NCBI GenBank assembly: GCA_964506935.1
Contig: CAZDOD010000001.1
Coordinates: forward strand, 1 to 46,673
DNA: 46,673 bases
Source of the DNA: an uncultured Thermodesulfobacteriota bacterium
GTDB taxonomy: Bacteria; Desulfobacterota; Zymogenia; Zymogenales; Zymogenaceae
Direction of reading: 5' to 3'
Positions 18,166 to 27,758 of this stretch are shown piece by piece. How positions within the stretch are numbered: position 1 is the first letter of the stretch; every line of letters begins with the position of its first letter. A program made the translations under genes and the position numbers. The notes beneath the pieces were generated by a model that saw only the letters and a program-made list of their open reading frames with translations, did not search any database and was not told the DNA's origin.

Positions 18166-20284
18166 TATATACTCCTTTTTCTATCTTTGAGATCGTGATC
18201 GTAATCTCGATATTTTCCCTCGTCCCACCCCCGACCTTTATGGGAAAGGCCGGGATGATGGCGCTCCCCTGATAGGTGCGCTCCAGACCGCCCTCGGAGC
18301 GCGACGCCGTCTCCACCCCGAAGAATAAGAGTCTTGCGGGACGGGAGAGATCGATTTCGACCGAAAATCCGTCATATTCATTTACGAGAGAGAATTTCGA
18401 TACGTCATCGGCCTCGCCGCGCCCGGAGAGCTCAAACCTCTCTTTCCCAGGAAGGAGTAGATACCGCTTCGGATCTCTCCCGCCGAGGAGGGTGAGATTG
18501 AGTTCGGGGCAGAAATAGATCGCTCCCCCCTTTTCGGCCCTATCGGCAAGTGTGTATTCGACCTTAAGCTCCGGCCTCTCTGCGCATATAGTATACACTT
18601 TTTTTATCTCAAATGGAAATTTTCCATTGGCGCCGAGGACAGTACCATCCCTCAAAAGCGATATCGAGATATCGCTTTTATCTTTAGTCTTTTTTGAGAC
18701 ATCGTATGATCCGTCTGAGAAATCCCCGGCGTCGGGAAGCCTGTTATATATAATGTCATTTATATTCGGGGGCGATGTGAAGACCTTGTCTATAAAAGAA
18801 TATCGCGGATTTTTGTCATAGGTAAATAGGTCAAAGAGGCCTTCCTCTTTTATGACCATCCCCTCGTGGATGGATCTCGGCCCGTCTTGTGTATCCTCAT
18901 TGATATCATCCTTCGCCTCCTTGTGATATGCCTCGAATGTGCGGGACATGGTGTTGGTGAGGCAGAAGTCGAAATCCCTAAGATCGAAGTGAAATAGCGA
19001 TCCTCCACCCTTTGGCGATATGTAGGCCGAGAGGTGGGGCGTATTTATGAGTACCTCGTCAAATCCGTCGGCGTTGATGTCCAATATTTCGATTGAAGGC
19101 GGTTTTTTCCCATCGGCAATTTTTTCGGCCTTTGAGAGATTTTCGTATATTGCGTGTCGGAGGTAATTTAGATACAGTCCGCCGAATAGGCCGTGCCAGT
19201 AGGCACAGTTGCACTGTGCCTTAAAGAGGTATCTCTTCGCCTCGTCGGATGCGCCTTTGGTGAGGGCATTTACTTTTTTACTCACATAGAGCATCCTTTT
19301 GTGCATATTGTTGGATTCATGATATTTCGAGAGGAAGTTATTGAAAAAGCCTCCCCTGATAAATGGTCTTGCGTCATCCAACATCCCTTTTGCCTCTATC
19401 CTTTTGATGACATCTTTATATCTCAAGATAGCGTCCGGGGGGAGCGCCCATTCGGTCATCTCCTCGTAGCTTGCCGTGGGCAGATAAATCCTTCCAGTCG
19501 GGGGGAATCTATCGAGATATTCGGAGAAGGTCAAAAGATTGATCCAGTTCATGTTGTCCTCTATGGTCTTAAAAAAATCCTCCAGCCAGCCGTCTTTGAA
19601 GACCCATTCGTATGTCCCCGGCCATACCCCGAACTTTTCGCCGTCGTCGCCGTATACCACCCCGGCGCCGGGCCTCATATCGGAAACCTCTTTTAGCCTC
19701 GAAAGGGTCTCTTTCGGGTCGCGAAACGGGATGGTGTATCGGAGCACCTTGTCGATCGGGAAGACACACAGTCTGTGCCCCGAATATTCGGTGATATAGT
19801 AGCCGAAGAGGTCGATGTCCGAAAGCCCGGCGTAGCGGAAGTGAGTGTCGTCAAGCAGCGTGTATCTTATATTGAGGGGCTCGGTGATTTGGGGGAGCGT
19901 CGGCTCCCATACCCTCTCGGCAAGCCACATCCCCAATACCTCGGTCCCGAAGCGATTCTTTATGTGTTTTTTCATCATCTCTATCTGGCCGGCTGCGTCG
20001 ACCTTCGGGATGATCGAGATTATCGGTTCATAATAGGCACCGCCCAAAATCTCGACCTGACCCCGGGAGACTAGCTCACCAAGCGTGTCGAGATACTCGG
20101 GCCTGTTCTCCTCTATCCAGTCTAAGAGCGGGCCGGTGTTGTGCAGCGTTATTTTTATTTCGGGGTGTCTTTTGAGTGCTTCCAGAAACGGGCCGTAAGA
20201 GTGCTCGAAGGCGTCGGCGAAGACCCACCCAAAATTGCCCACCGGTTGGTGGTTGTGTATCCCGATCATGAGATTTATGCCCAT
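18155..20284 (-). CDS. GH57 4-alpha-glucanotransferase / alpha-amylase
   Basis: 'IGIHNHQPVGNFGWVF', 'GQVEILGG', 'WLAERVWEP', 'GDDGEKFGVWPGTYEWV' and 'KAQCNCAYWHGLFGG' are colinear with the Thermococcus litoralis-type GH57 enzyme as I recall it. The start is taken at ATG 20284 (MGINLMIGIHNHQP), 4 nt after the upstream stop. The 84 upstream codons of the track ORF overlap the previous gene. Confidence 0.85.
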   Translation of the reverse strand: MGINLMIGIHNHQPVGNFGWVFADAFEHSYGPFLEALKRHPEIKITLHNTGPLLDWIEENRPEYLDTLGELVSRGQVEILGGAYYEPIISIIPKVDAAGQIEMMKKHIKNRFGTEVLGMWLAERVWEPTLPQITEPLNIRYTLLDDTHFRYAGLSDIDLFGYYITEYSGHRLCVFPIDKVLRYTIPFRDPKETLSRLKEVSDMRPGAGVVYGDDGEKFGVWPGTYEWVFKDGWLEDFFKTIEDNMNWINLLTFSEYLDRFPPTGRIYLPTASYEEMTEWALPPDAILRYKDVIKRIEAKGMLDDARPFIRGGFFNNFLSKYHESNNMHKRMLYVSKKVNALTKGASDEAKRYLFKAQCNCAYWHGLFGGLYLNYLRHAIYENLSKAEKIADGKKPPSIEILDINADGFDEVLINTPHLSAYISPKGGGSLFHFDLRDFDFCLTNTMSRTFEAYHKEAKDDINEDTQDGPRSIHEGMVIKEEGLFDLFTYDKNPRYSFIDKVFTSPPNINDIIYNRLPDAGDFSDGSYDVSKKTKDKSDISISLLRDGTVLGANGKFPFEIKKVYTICAERPELKVEYTLADRAEKGGAIYFCPELNLTLLGGRDPKRYLLLPGKERFELSGRGEADDVSKFSLVNEYDGFSVEIDLSRPARLLFFGVETASRSEGGLERTYQGSAIIPAFPIKVGGGTRENIEITITISKIEKGVYNEG

Positions 20285-20288
20285 TTCT

Positions 20289-22469
20289 TTATGCGCTCCA
20301 GTTTTGAAGTTCAAAGTCACTGTCGGGGATCTCGGTCTCGAGGCTACCCCGATCGGGATAGCGGGAGATATTGACCCCATCCGATCTGATCTCGAAAAAG
20401 AATCTGAATGCCCGGCCCTCGCCAATGCCGAGCGCGGAGAAGGGGATGCCCAATTCTGTGATCTTTTCGATCCCGATATTCGTAAACTCGCCGATTTTTT
20501 CGTATCTCCCCTTCTCGGCAAATACGAGGAGGTCATATTTTTCCTCTCCCCTTTTTAGTGGGAAAGTTATCAAAAAGCCCCCAACTATATTGTCTTTTTT
20601 CAACTCTGTATCAATATAGAGGTGGACAAAGAGGCCCGAATCGAAAGCAGAAGACTCTTTGGGATCGAGCCTCACGTAGAAGCTATCTCGTGAAAAGCCG
20701 AAGTAGATACATTCGATCACTTTCGGCCCGCCGTGCATCGAGCCCTTGGAGTAGGAGATCTCATAATACCCGGCGTTCTCCCACTCGTAAAAGTCATCTA
20801 TCTTGCCGTTTGTGTCGGGTTCTATAAATCCTAACGGGGCTCTTGTCTCTGCGATCCTTTTATCCCCCTTTATCGGATGCGACAGGATCTCGAGCGGCTC
20901 CTTTTTGAGCGCGCGAAATACGCTTGAGAGGTGTTCCCTGAATAGAGAGTCGAACTCGTCGCCGACGTCGGTGTGAAATTCGTCGCCGAACCACCAGAAC
21001 CAGTCACTCCCCTCGGCGGCGTAGATTCCCTCCCACGCCTTTTTGAGATCCTCCTCCGAAGCCCCGGTCTCTTTTGCCTTGATCAAAAAATCCCTCGTAA
21101 GTTTAAGATAATCCCATGCACGGTTGTCCTCGGGGTGACCAATCCATATGCCGAAGTTGTGGTTTATCCACGATCCCGAATGGAGGTTGTCTATCGTGCG
21201 ATTCGGCGGGTGTTCTTTAATATAGTCTCCGATCGTCGCAGGGGCGATTCCGCTATCCCTATTGGACAGGGCCTCATAGACGCCCCTAAGGAAACCCTCA
21301 CCTCCATCGGGATACCCTTCCCATGGGTTTTCGCCGTCTAAGATCACGACGATAAGGGTGGGTTTGCCTTTGCGCCCCTTAGCGATCTCTCTTATCTGTC
21401 CGATGAAATCTGTGGCGGCCAATTTGGGATCGTTTTTGCCGTAAGAAAAGCTGATGAGGTCTGAAAGCCTTTTATCCCGAAAGACGATAGAGACTTCCCT
21501 CCCGTCGTGCACGGCCGTGTAGGGGAAGTAGATATCCTTCGGCCCTTTATCGGTGATATGGGAGTTCGCAAGGACGTCCTCGTCGGACGCTATCCACTCG
21601 ATCCCAAGATCGCAAAAGATCGGGATCACCTCGGGGGAGACCGATCCCTCCGAGGGCCACATCCCCCTTGGCCTGTGGCCTATTTTCTGGGCGAAAAATG
21701 ACAGTCCCATCTCGACCTGTGCGTGGGCGTCTTCGGGGTGGGCGAAGTCCGTCGGGAGCTTGGCATCCGGCATCGCCCTCTTTGCCGATTCCGTGTTTAT
21801 AACTAGGGGGAGGATAGGGTGATAATATGGACTCGTGGTAAGCTCGACGATCCCCTCATAGGAGGCCTTCTTATAAAGCGGGATAAGCCTTTTCATCACC
21901 TCAAAATGCGTATCGATGATAGAGGCCCTGTCGTCTTGTGAAAAATTCCTCCCCTTCTTAATAAGCTCATCAATGTGTGGGAAATCCCTTTTCACGAAAT
22001 ATCCGCACCAGCTGAGGTTGAAGAGGGCCTGTAGGTCTCCGATATCGGCGTCGGAGAAGATGGACGAAAACTTATCCATGTCGTCCTTTTTTAATATTTC
22101 CATCCTCTTTTCGAGGAGCTCGCGGTATCTCGGATGGGGATGGATTTGGGTGTCCCATCGGTTCATAAAGAAATTTTTTATGATAAAGGCCTTCTCGGAA
22201 GGGATGAGCTCCTTCGGGTCCTTCATCGTGAGATCAACAAATATATCTCTTGCCTCTCCCGAGGCGTACTCTTCGATCTGTTTTAACAAGGATGGGACGA
22301 GGTTTATCGTCATTTTCATCTGGGGATATTCGAGGGCGAGGCGCACCATGTCGTAGTATCCCTTTACCCCGTGGAGCCTCGTGAAGGGGAGGACATACTC
22401 CTCGGTCCGCGGATTCTTATAGATTGGTTGGTGCATGTGCCATAGGAAGGCCACACTGAGGTCACTCAA
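20289..22469 (-). CDS. GH57 glycoside hydrolase (amylopullulanase/alpha-amylase-like subfamily)
   Basis: 'FLWHMHQPIY', 'GMWPSEGSVS', 'ILDGENPWEG' and 'AEGSDWFWWFGDEF' are present. Confidence 0.8.
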   Translation of the reverse strand: MSDLSVAFLWHMHQPIYKNPRTEEYVLPFTRLHGVKGYYDMVRLALEYPQMKMTINLVPSLLKQIEEYASGEARDIFVDLTMKDPKELIPSEKAFIIKNFFMNRWDTQIHPHPRYRELLEKRMEILKKDDMDKFSSIFSDADIGDLQALFNLSWCGYFVKRDFPHIDELIKKGRNFSQDDRASIIDTHFEVMKRLIPLYKKASYEGIVELTTSPYYHPILPLVINTESAKRAMPDAKLPTDFAHPEDAHAQVEMGLSFFAQKIGHRPRGMWPSEGSVSPEVIPIFCDLGIEWIASDEDVLANSHITDKGPKDIYFPYTAVHDGREVSIVFRDKRLSDLISFSYGKNDPKLAATDFIGQIREIAKGRKGKPTLIVVILDGENPWEGYPDGGEGFLRGVYEALSNRDSGIAPATIGDYIKEHPPNRTIDNLHSGSWINHNFGIWIGHPEDNRAWDYLKLTRDFLIKAKETGASEEDLKKAWEGIYAAEGSDWFWWFGDEFHTDVGDEFDSLFREHLSSVFRALKKEPLEILSHPIKGDKRIAETRAPLGFIEPDTNGKIDDFYEWENAGYYEISYSKGSMHGGPKVIECIYFGFSRDSFYVRLDPKESSAFDSGLFVHLYIDTELKKDNIVGGFLITFPLKRGEEKYDLLVFAEKGRYEKIGEFTNIGIEKITELGIPFSALGIGEGRAFRFFFEIRSDGVNISRYPDRGSLETEIPDSDFELQNWSA

Positions 22470-22472
22470 GGC

Positions 22473-25028
22473 TTACCTCCCGCCGTAATTGATAAGGGGT
22501 ATCTCCCCTTCCTTCAACTTCGATTCAGGTTCAATCTCTACGATTTCTCTTTCGAGAGAAACCTTATATTCCGTGACCTTTTTTGGGGAAAGCTTGAAAA
22601 TGGGCGATATTTTTACACCTGACTGGTGATAGCCCAGCCGGGAGTGATTATCGAACACGAAGCCCTTATAGAATCGGTGAACGGCCGGAGATATCTCCAT
22701 ATCATCCATAAGGGTGGTGGTTTCGTCGACGAAGCTGTATGTGTGGACATCGTAGAATCTGCCGTAAAGGGGAGTTTTTATCGTGAGGATATATTTGAGC
22801 TGTGCCGGGGGGAAGATCGTCTCGGTAATCTCCTTTTGGTTGAAGGTTTTCCCGTCTTCGGCAAAATTGGTAACGTTGTATTTCAGGCCTATCTTTCTCC
22901 CGATATTGTTCCCGCTCACCTTTATGAAGGATTCGAGTTTCCCGTCGATATCGTCTGCGGGCGTTACCGAGTTTACGAGTTCCGGAACGAAGAAGATCTT
23001 CTCCCAGATAGGGTCGTCCTCATTATTAAGTTTCGTGACGGTAAACTTCACCGAGAAGCTGTCTTCCAAGACGGTGAAGGTCTTTGATAGAGACACCTTG
23101 AGGTCTTTTCCGTCACCCACCGCAAGTTTCTGTTCCGCAGCCATCGTGACGACGAGTGCGTCGTCTTTGACGGAGTAGTCTTTTATATCAAAAATCTGGT
23201 AGTCAAATGAACCGACCACCCTGATCTCGCCCGAATCTTCCCTCATGATGAAATTTGCCCTATATGCATCACGGCAGTATTCCACACGGGAGTCCTCCTC
23301 TTCGAGGAAGACGCAGAGCTCGCTGTCCGGCTCTGTGTGGATGAGGCACTGGCTGTAAAAGCCGGTAGCGGGAAACATCGGCATCTCGGTGACTAGTGTC
23401 TTTGCGGCGGCGAGTATCCTCTTAAAATCCATACCCTTGAAATATGGGGAGTGGATCTGGTGGTGGATGACTGTGCCGGCCAATTTGGAGATAACAAGAA
23501 ATTGCTGGTCGTTGTTGATGACCACCTCATCATTGCCGTCAAAGTCCCAGTCGACTATCTCCATGCTGGTTTTCGGGAAGTCCCCCCAGGTCTCGGATAT
23601 CTCGGCAAGCAGGTAATCCGCAAGCCTGTCTGCAACGGCGATATAGGCGAGGCCCGTGAGGTCATAGTATGTGCAGGAGCCGAAGTTCGGGTGACGCGAC
23701 GCCCAGCGGGGATCCTCCTGATACACGAGGTTCCTGATGGTATGGATCAGGTCATAGGCCAAAAGCACGTCTTCGGGGTAATATTCCGCCATGAATATCC
23801 TGATTAGATCGTACCTGTTTCGGGAAGATAAGACGGTCGAAGTGACCTCCGACATCAGGATATGAGTTATCTTCCCCTTGACATCGCTCGCCACGCGGTC
23901 GAGCACCACCTTCTCTACCAGCTCCTGAGCCTTACCCAGGCCCCTGAGACACGAGATGACCCTCCTCAGCTTAGGGTCACCGAACGTGACGCCGCGTATC
24001 CCCCGCTTCATAGTCCAGTTCTCAAACTCCTGATAGCTCGTGCTCGTCTTTATGGGGTATGTATCGAGATAGCCGTATTTATCGAAATATTCCTTCATGC
24101 TGGTAAATGAGGCCTCGCCCGATTCCATGACCAGGTGGAAGAACTCCCTCATCCATTCGCTGTCTGCCTTTGGCTCGCGGCTCCACTGTCCGAAGAGCTC
24201 GGCGTCGTTGAAGATAAACATGAGGGGAGGTGTTTTTTTGTTCGATTTCATGTAGATGAGGTCAGCCGCGGTCCTCGCCCTTTTTGCGATGAGGTCTAGA
24301 TACTCTTGCGGCGTGCAGGTCGGGTCAGAGCCGAATATCGGCCGCCTCTTTAGGAGGAAATAACGAAGCTCACTGTGAATTGGCACGACATAAAAGGGCT
24401 TTCCGATGATCTCGTCCCGGTAGATCGAAAAGAGGGCGTCTTTTCTGAAATAGGGCATGGTGGATTTCAGGGCGGGATCGACCACCCCGAAGTGCTTGAA
24501 ACTCAGGTTCTCCTCTTCAAGGTTCGAGAAGTATGGGGTGAAGAAGGTCTCCACATCGAGGTAATATATTGGAGTCGCTCCCAGATCCTCCATCGCTGTA
24601 CTGACGAGGTAGAGGAGGGCCTCGCCGGCCTCCCTCTCTACGATGTGGAAGCCGTCCCAGTCTTTGCTCGAGACGCCGAAAAACCTCTCGGTGGCGTGAC
24701 TGTATCTGACTATCTGGAAGTGTGTGTCATCCATTCGCGATGAGAGCTGGGGGAATGACTCATCAATAAGGCCGCCTACGATCTTTACCTTCCCCGCCTT
24801 GACCTCTTGTTTCATCCTTGAGAGGAAATCTTTCTCGTATCTAGAGGCGTAGTTGATGAGGGGGCCTGAGATATGGAAATTGAGCTTGAGCCCCTCGCCC
24901 TTTATCCCCTCCAGAAGTTCCATCATGGGATAGTAGCAGTTTTTAAAAACATCGTCCCGAACATGCTGGAGTTGAAAATGCGGCTGATGGAAGTGGAGAC
25001 ACAGGGCTATATAAAAATTGTCAGACAT
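22473..25028 (-). CDS. Divergent GH57-like protein (851 aa) with a long C-terminal extension
   Basis: It has the N-terminal 'IALCLHFHQPHF', then 'KVKIVGGLIDES', 'HIVEREAGE' and 'FNDAELFGQW' in GH57 motif order. The rest has no family I can name. Confidence 0.6.
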   Translation of the reverse strand: MSDNFYIALCLHFHQPHFQLQHVRDDVFKNCYYPMMELLEGIKGEGLKLNFHISGPLINYASRYEKDFLSRMKQEVKAGKVKIVGGLIDESFPQLSSRMDDTHFQIVRYSHATERFFGVSSKDWDGFHIVEREAGEALLYLVSTAMEDLGATPIYYLDVETFFTPYFSNLEEENLSFKHFGVVDPALKSTMPYFRKDALFSIYRDEIIGKPFYVVPIHSELRYFLLKRRPIFGSDPTCTPQEYLDLIAKRARTAADLIYMKSNKKTPPLMFIFNDAELFGQWSREPKADSEWMREFFHLVMESGEASFTSMKEYFDKYGYLDTYPIKTSTSYQEFENWTMKRGIRGVTFGDPKLRRVISCLRGLGKAQELVEKVVLDRVASDVKGKITHILMSEVTSTVLSSRNRYDLIRIFMAEYYPEDVLLAYDLIHTIRNLVYQEDPRWASRHPNFGSCTYYDLTGLAYIAVADRLADYLLAEISETWGDFPKTSMEIVDWDFDGNDEVVINNDQQFLVISKLAGTVIHHQIHSPYFKGMDFKRILAAAKTLVTEMPMFPATGFYSQCLIHTEPDSELCVFLEEEDSRVEYCRDAYRANFIMREDSGEIRVVGSFDYQIFDIKDYSVKDDALVVTMAAEQKLAVGDGKDLKVSLSKTFTVLEDSFSVKFTVTKLNNEDDPIWEKIFFVPELVNSVTPADDIDGKLESFIKVSGNNIGRKIGLKYNVTNFAEDGKTFNQKEITETIFPPAQLKYILTIKTPLYGRFYDVHTYSFVDETTTLMDDMEISPAVHRFYKGFVFDNHSRLGYHQSGVKISPIFKLSPKKVTEYKVSLEREIVEIEPESKLKEGEIPLINYGGR

Positions 25029-25089
25029 GAGAAATCTCTGCCGTTAAAAAGTTTTTTAAACTGTGTCTATCCATTTAAGACAAACAATA

Positions 25090-25118
25090 ATTATACTTCT
25101 TGATTATATGTGTGTCAA
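25090..25118 (-). promoter_or_regulatory. Consensus sigma70 promoter of the GH57-glgA array
   Basis: The minus strand reads TTGACA-cacatataatcaagaag-TATAAT (both hexamers perfect, 17-nt spacer), about 60 nt upstream of ATG 25028. Confidence 0.7.
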
Positions 25119-25223
25119 TGGTAAAAGGAGGCTCGAGTCTATGTGTTGATGTGTTTTAAAAATATCTTTCATAAATATCATAGTTGCTTTTTTTAGAAAT
25201 TAAGATATTTGTATAATAAATGT

Positions 25224-25252
25224 TTGACTTTTATTCGGTGAAACTCTAAAAT
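25224..25252 (+). promoter_or_regulatory. Sigma70 promoter of the acylase gene
   Basis: The plus strand reads TTGACT-tttattcggtgaaactc-TAAAAT. AGGAGGG lies 5 nt before ATG 25294. Confidence 0.6.
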
Positions 25253-25293
25253 TTTACATTATTAATTAATTATGAGAAAGCACAGGAGGGTGT

Positions 25294-27684
25294 ATGAAGG
25301 TTATAAAGTGGATTTTGTCGGTTTTTATAGTGCTCATAGTAGTACTCTTTATAGTCGTATACGGCTGGCTCAGGTCGACGCTGCCCGACTATGACGGCGA
25401 GATGACGGTCTCGGGAATAAATGGAGAAATTGAGATAATACGGGATTCATACGGTATGCCCCACATATACGCCGCGACAGATGAGGACGCCGCCTTCGCT
25501 CTTGGGTACTGCATGGCACAGGACAGGTTATTCCAGATGGATTTGACAAGGAGGGCCATCAGGGGGGAGCTTTCCGAGATTTTGGGAGAGTCTCTAGTGC
25601 CTGTCGATAAGCTTTTCAGAACTATAACCGCAGGGAAATCCGTTGAGGATTTAATGTCGATATATCCGCCGGAGATAATCTCCATCGTCGAGGCCTATGC
25701 CGCCGGTGTCAACTACTTCCTTGAAAATCATGACGGACCGCTTCCTGTAGAGTTTGCGATCCTCGGTTATGAGCCCGAACCGTGGGAGGCCTCAGACGGC
25801 ATCGCAACCCACTACTACATGGCGTGGGACCTGAACAGTGCCTTCGATAACGAAATGCTCAATGACAGCATTATAAAGAAGGTCGGGGAAAATCTGGGGA
25901 GTGAGCTCATGAGCGATTATCCCAAGGGCTACCCAAACATCATCCACGGGAGCGAGACCTCCTCCATAGAGGGGAATATTAAGTTTCTTGAGACCCTAAA
26001 TCTCGCCCGCAATGTCCTCAACACAGAGGGTGGAGGTGCGAGTAACAACTGGGTGATATCGGGTGGTAAGTCCGAGACGGGGGAGCCGCTGCTCGCAAAC
26101 GACCCGCACCTGGGGCACGGGGCACCCGGAATCTGGTACGAGGCACACATCTCGACCCCGTCAATGAACGTTTCGGGATCGGTGCTTTCCGGAATACCAT
26201 TCATTATAATAGGTGCAAACGATAACGTCGCATGGGGATTCACCAACGTGATGGTGGACGACGCCGATTTCTATATCGAGAAAATAAATCCCGATAACCC
26301 GAACCAGTACGAATACATGGGGCGCTGGGAAGATATGGAGGTAAGGGATGAGGTCATCAAGGTAAAGGGGGCCGACGATGTAACAACCCAGGTAAGGCTT
26401 ACTCGCCACGGCCCAATCATTGATGATGTCAACGAGTACGACGAACCCGAGGGATATGCCGTCTCGATGAGATGGACGGCATACGAGAGCCTCCAGGCGC
26501 TTGAGGCCTTCTCTATATTAAACAAGGCGAAGGATATCGACGACGTCGAGAGGGCTGTCGAATATTTCAAGTGCCCGGGCCAGAACTGGGTCTATGCAGA
26601 CGTCAATGGGAACATCGGCTACTGGGCGGCCGTCGGGATACCGATAAGGGTCGGATTTGACGGAAAAGTCCCCGTCCCGGGGTGGGACGGAAGGCACGAG
26701 TGGCAGGGGTATGTCCCGACAAAACTCCAGCCCCACATGAGAAACCCGAAGGAGGGGTGGATCGCCACGGCAAACAACAAACACGTCGGCGACGACTACC
26801 CATATGTAATCTCCCACTACTACGGCATGCCCGACCGTTATGTCAGGATAAAAGAGATGATAACCGAAAAGGATAAGCTCTCGATATCCGATTTTGAGAG
26901 GATGCAAGCCGATTTCTACGTAGTACTGGCCGAGGAGTGGGTCCCAATGATGGTAGAGGCGCTCAAAGATGCGGAACTTACCGACAAGGAGAAAGAGGCG
27001 CTGTCAGAGCTCGAGGCGTGGGATTATGTCGCAACCCCTGAGGGTGTGGCGCCCACAATCTTTCATGCCACGATCAACAACATGGTCGAAAATACATTCA
27101 AGAAGAGGCTCGGCGACGATCTATACATGCTCTACATCGATAACTACTATGTGACTTTCAATAGCATGAGGGATATGATCTCGCGCGGCGGATCGGAATG
27201 GTTTGACGATCCCGATACGCCCGAGGTCGAGGGTCTAGATAATGTCATCAAAAAGAGCTTTGTCGACGCCGTGGCATATCTCGACGACGAAATGGGCGGC
27301 AAGGTCAAAAACTGGGTATGGGGGGATCTCCACACCCTTACCCTTTACCACGCCTTCGGGAAGAAGTCGTCCCTAATGGGATTCTTCATGAACATCGGGC
27401 CGTACCCTATGGGAGGTAGCCTCGCCACTGTAAATCCACAGCCCTATAAACTAACAAATCCATGGGGTGGATATCACGGCGCATCGCTTCGCTACATCTT
27501 CGATATGGGCGACATGAAAAACTCGATTCGGGTGATCCCCGCGGGTATATCGGGAAACTTCATGAGCCCCCACTACGATGATCAGATCGATATGTGGCGC
27601 ACCGTGACGTACCGGCCGTTTGTCCTTGACAGAGAGAAAGTCGAAGAGGATACGCGGTATTTACTCAAAATGAGCCCAGAATAA
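25294..27684 (+). CDS. Penicillin acylase-family (peptidase S45) Ntn hydrolase with an N-terminal membrane anchor
   Basis: Anchor 'ILSVFIVLIVVLFIVVYGWL', alpha-chain 'IIRDSYGMPHIYA...GYCMAQDRLFQMD' and the autoprocessing/nucleophile site 'GGGASNNWVISGGKSETGEPLLANDPHL' are present. Confidence 0.9.
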   Translation: MKVIKWILSVFIVLIVVLFIVVYGWLRSTLPDYDGEMTVSGINGEIEIIRDSYGMPHIYAATDEDAAFALGYCMAQDRLFQMDLTRRAIRGELSEILGESLVPVDKLFRTITAGKSVEDLMSIYPPEIISIVEAYAAGVNYFLENHDGPLPVEFAILGYEPEPWEASDGIATHYYMAWDLNSAFDNEMLNDSIIKKVGENLGSELMSDYPKGYPNIIHGSETSSIEGNIKFLETLNLARNVLNTEGGGASNNWVISGGKSETGEPLLANDPHLGHGAPGIWYEAHISTPSMNVSGSVLSGIPFIIIGANDNVAWGFTNVMVDDADFYIEKINPDNPNQYEYMGRWEDMEVRDEVIKVKGADDVTTQVRLTRHGPIIDDVNEYDEPEGYAVSMRWTAYESLQALEAFSILNKAKDIDDVERAVEYFKCPGQNWVYADVNGNIGYWAAVGIPIRVGFDGKVPVPGWDGRHEWQGYVPTKLQPHMRNPKEGWIATANNKHVGDDYPYVISHYYGMPDRYVRIKEMITEKDKLSISDFERMQADFYVVLAEEWVPMMVEALKDAELTDKEKEALSELEAWDYVATPEGVAPTIFHATINNMVENTFKKRLGDDLYMLYIDNYYVTFNSMRDMISRGGSEWFDDPDTPEVEGLDNVIKKSFVDAVAYLDDEMGGKVKNWVWGDLHTLTLYHAFGKKSSLMGFFMNIGPYPMGGSLATVNPQPYKLTNPWGGYHGASLRYIFDMGDMKNSIRVIPAGISGNFMSPHYDDQIDMWRTVTYRPFVLDREKVEEDTRYLLKMSPE

Positions 27685-27701
27685 GGATTGGCATCTTTTT
27701 T

Positions 27702-27746
27702 ACACCCCTCCTAATTGCGATTTTTTTTAGGAGGGGTGTTTTTATC
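27702..27746 (+). terminator. Rho-independent terminator after the acylase gene
   Basis: A perfect 13-bp stem, ACACCCCTCCTAA (27702..27714) paired with TTAGGAGGGGTGT (27727..27739), has a 12-nt loop and is followed by TTTTAT. Confidence 0.8.
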
Positions 27747-27758
27747 TCTATCATCTAC

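Noticed and set aside
20285-20536. An 84-codon N-terminal extension of the GH57 glucanotransferase track ORF
   Set aside because: It overlaps the 3' end of the upstream GH57 gene in another frame. GH57 enzymes begin a few residues before the HQP motif.
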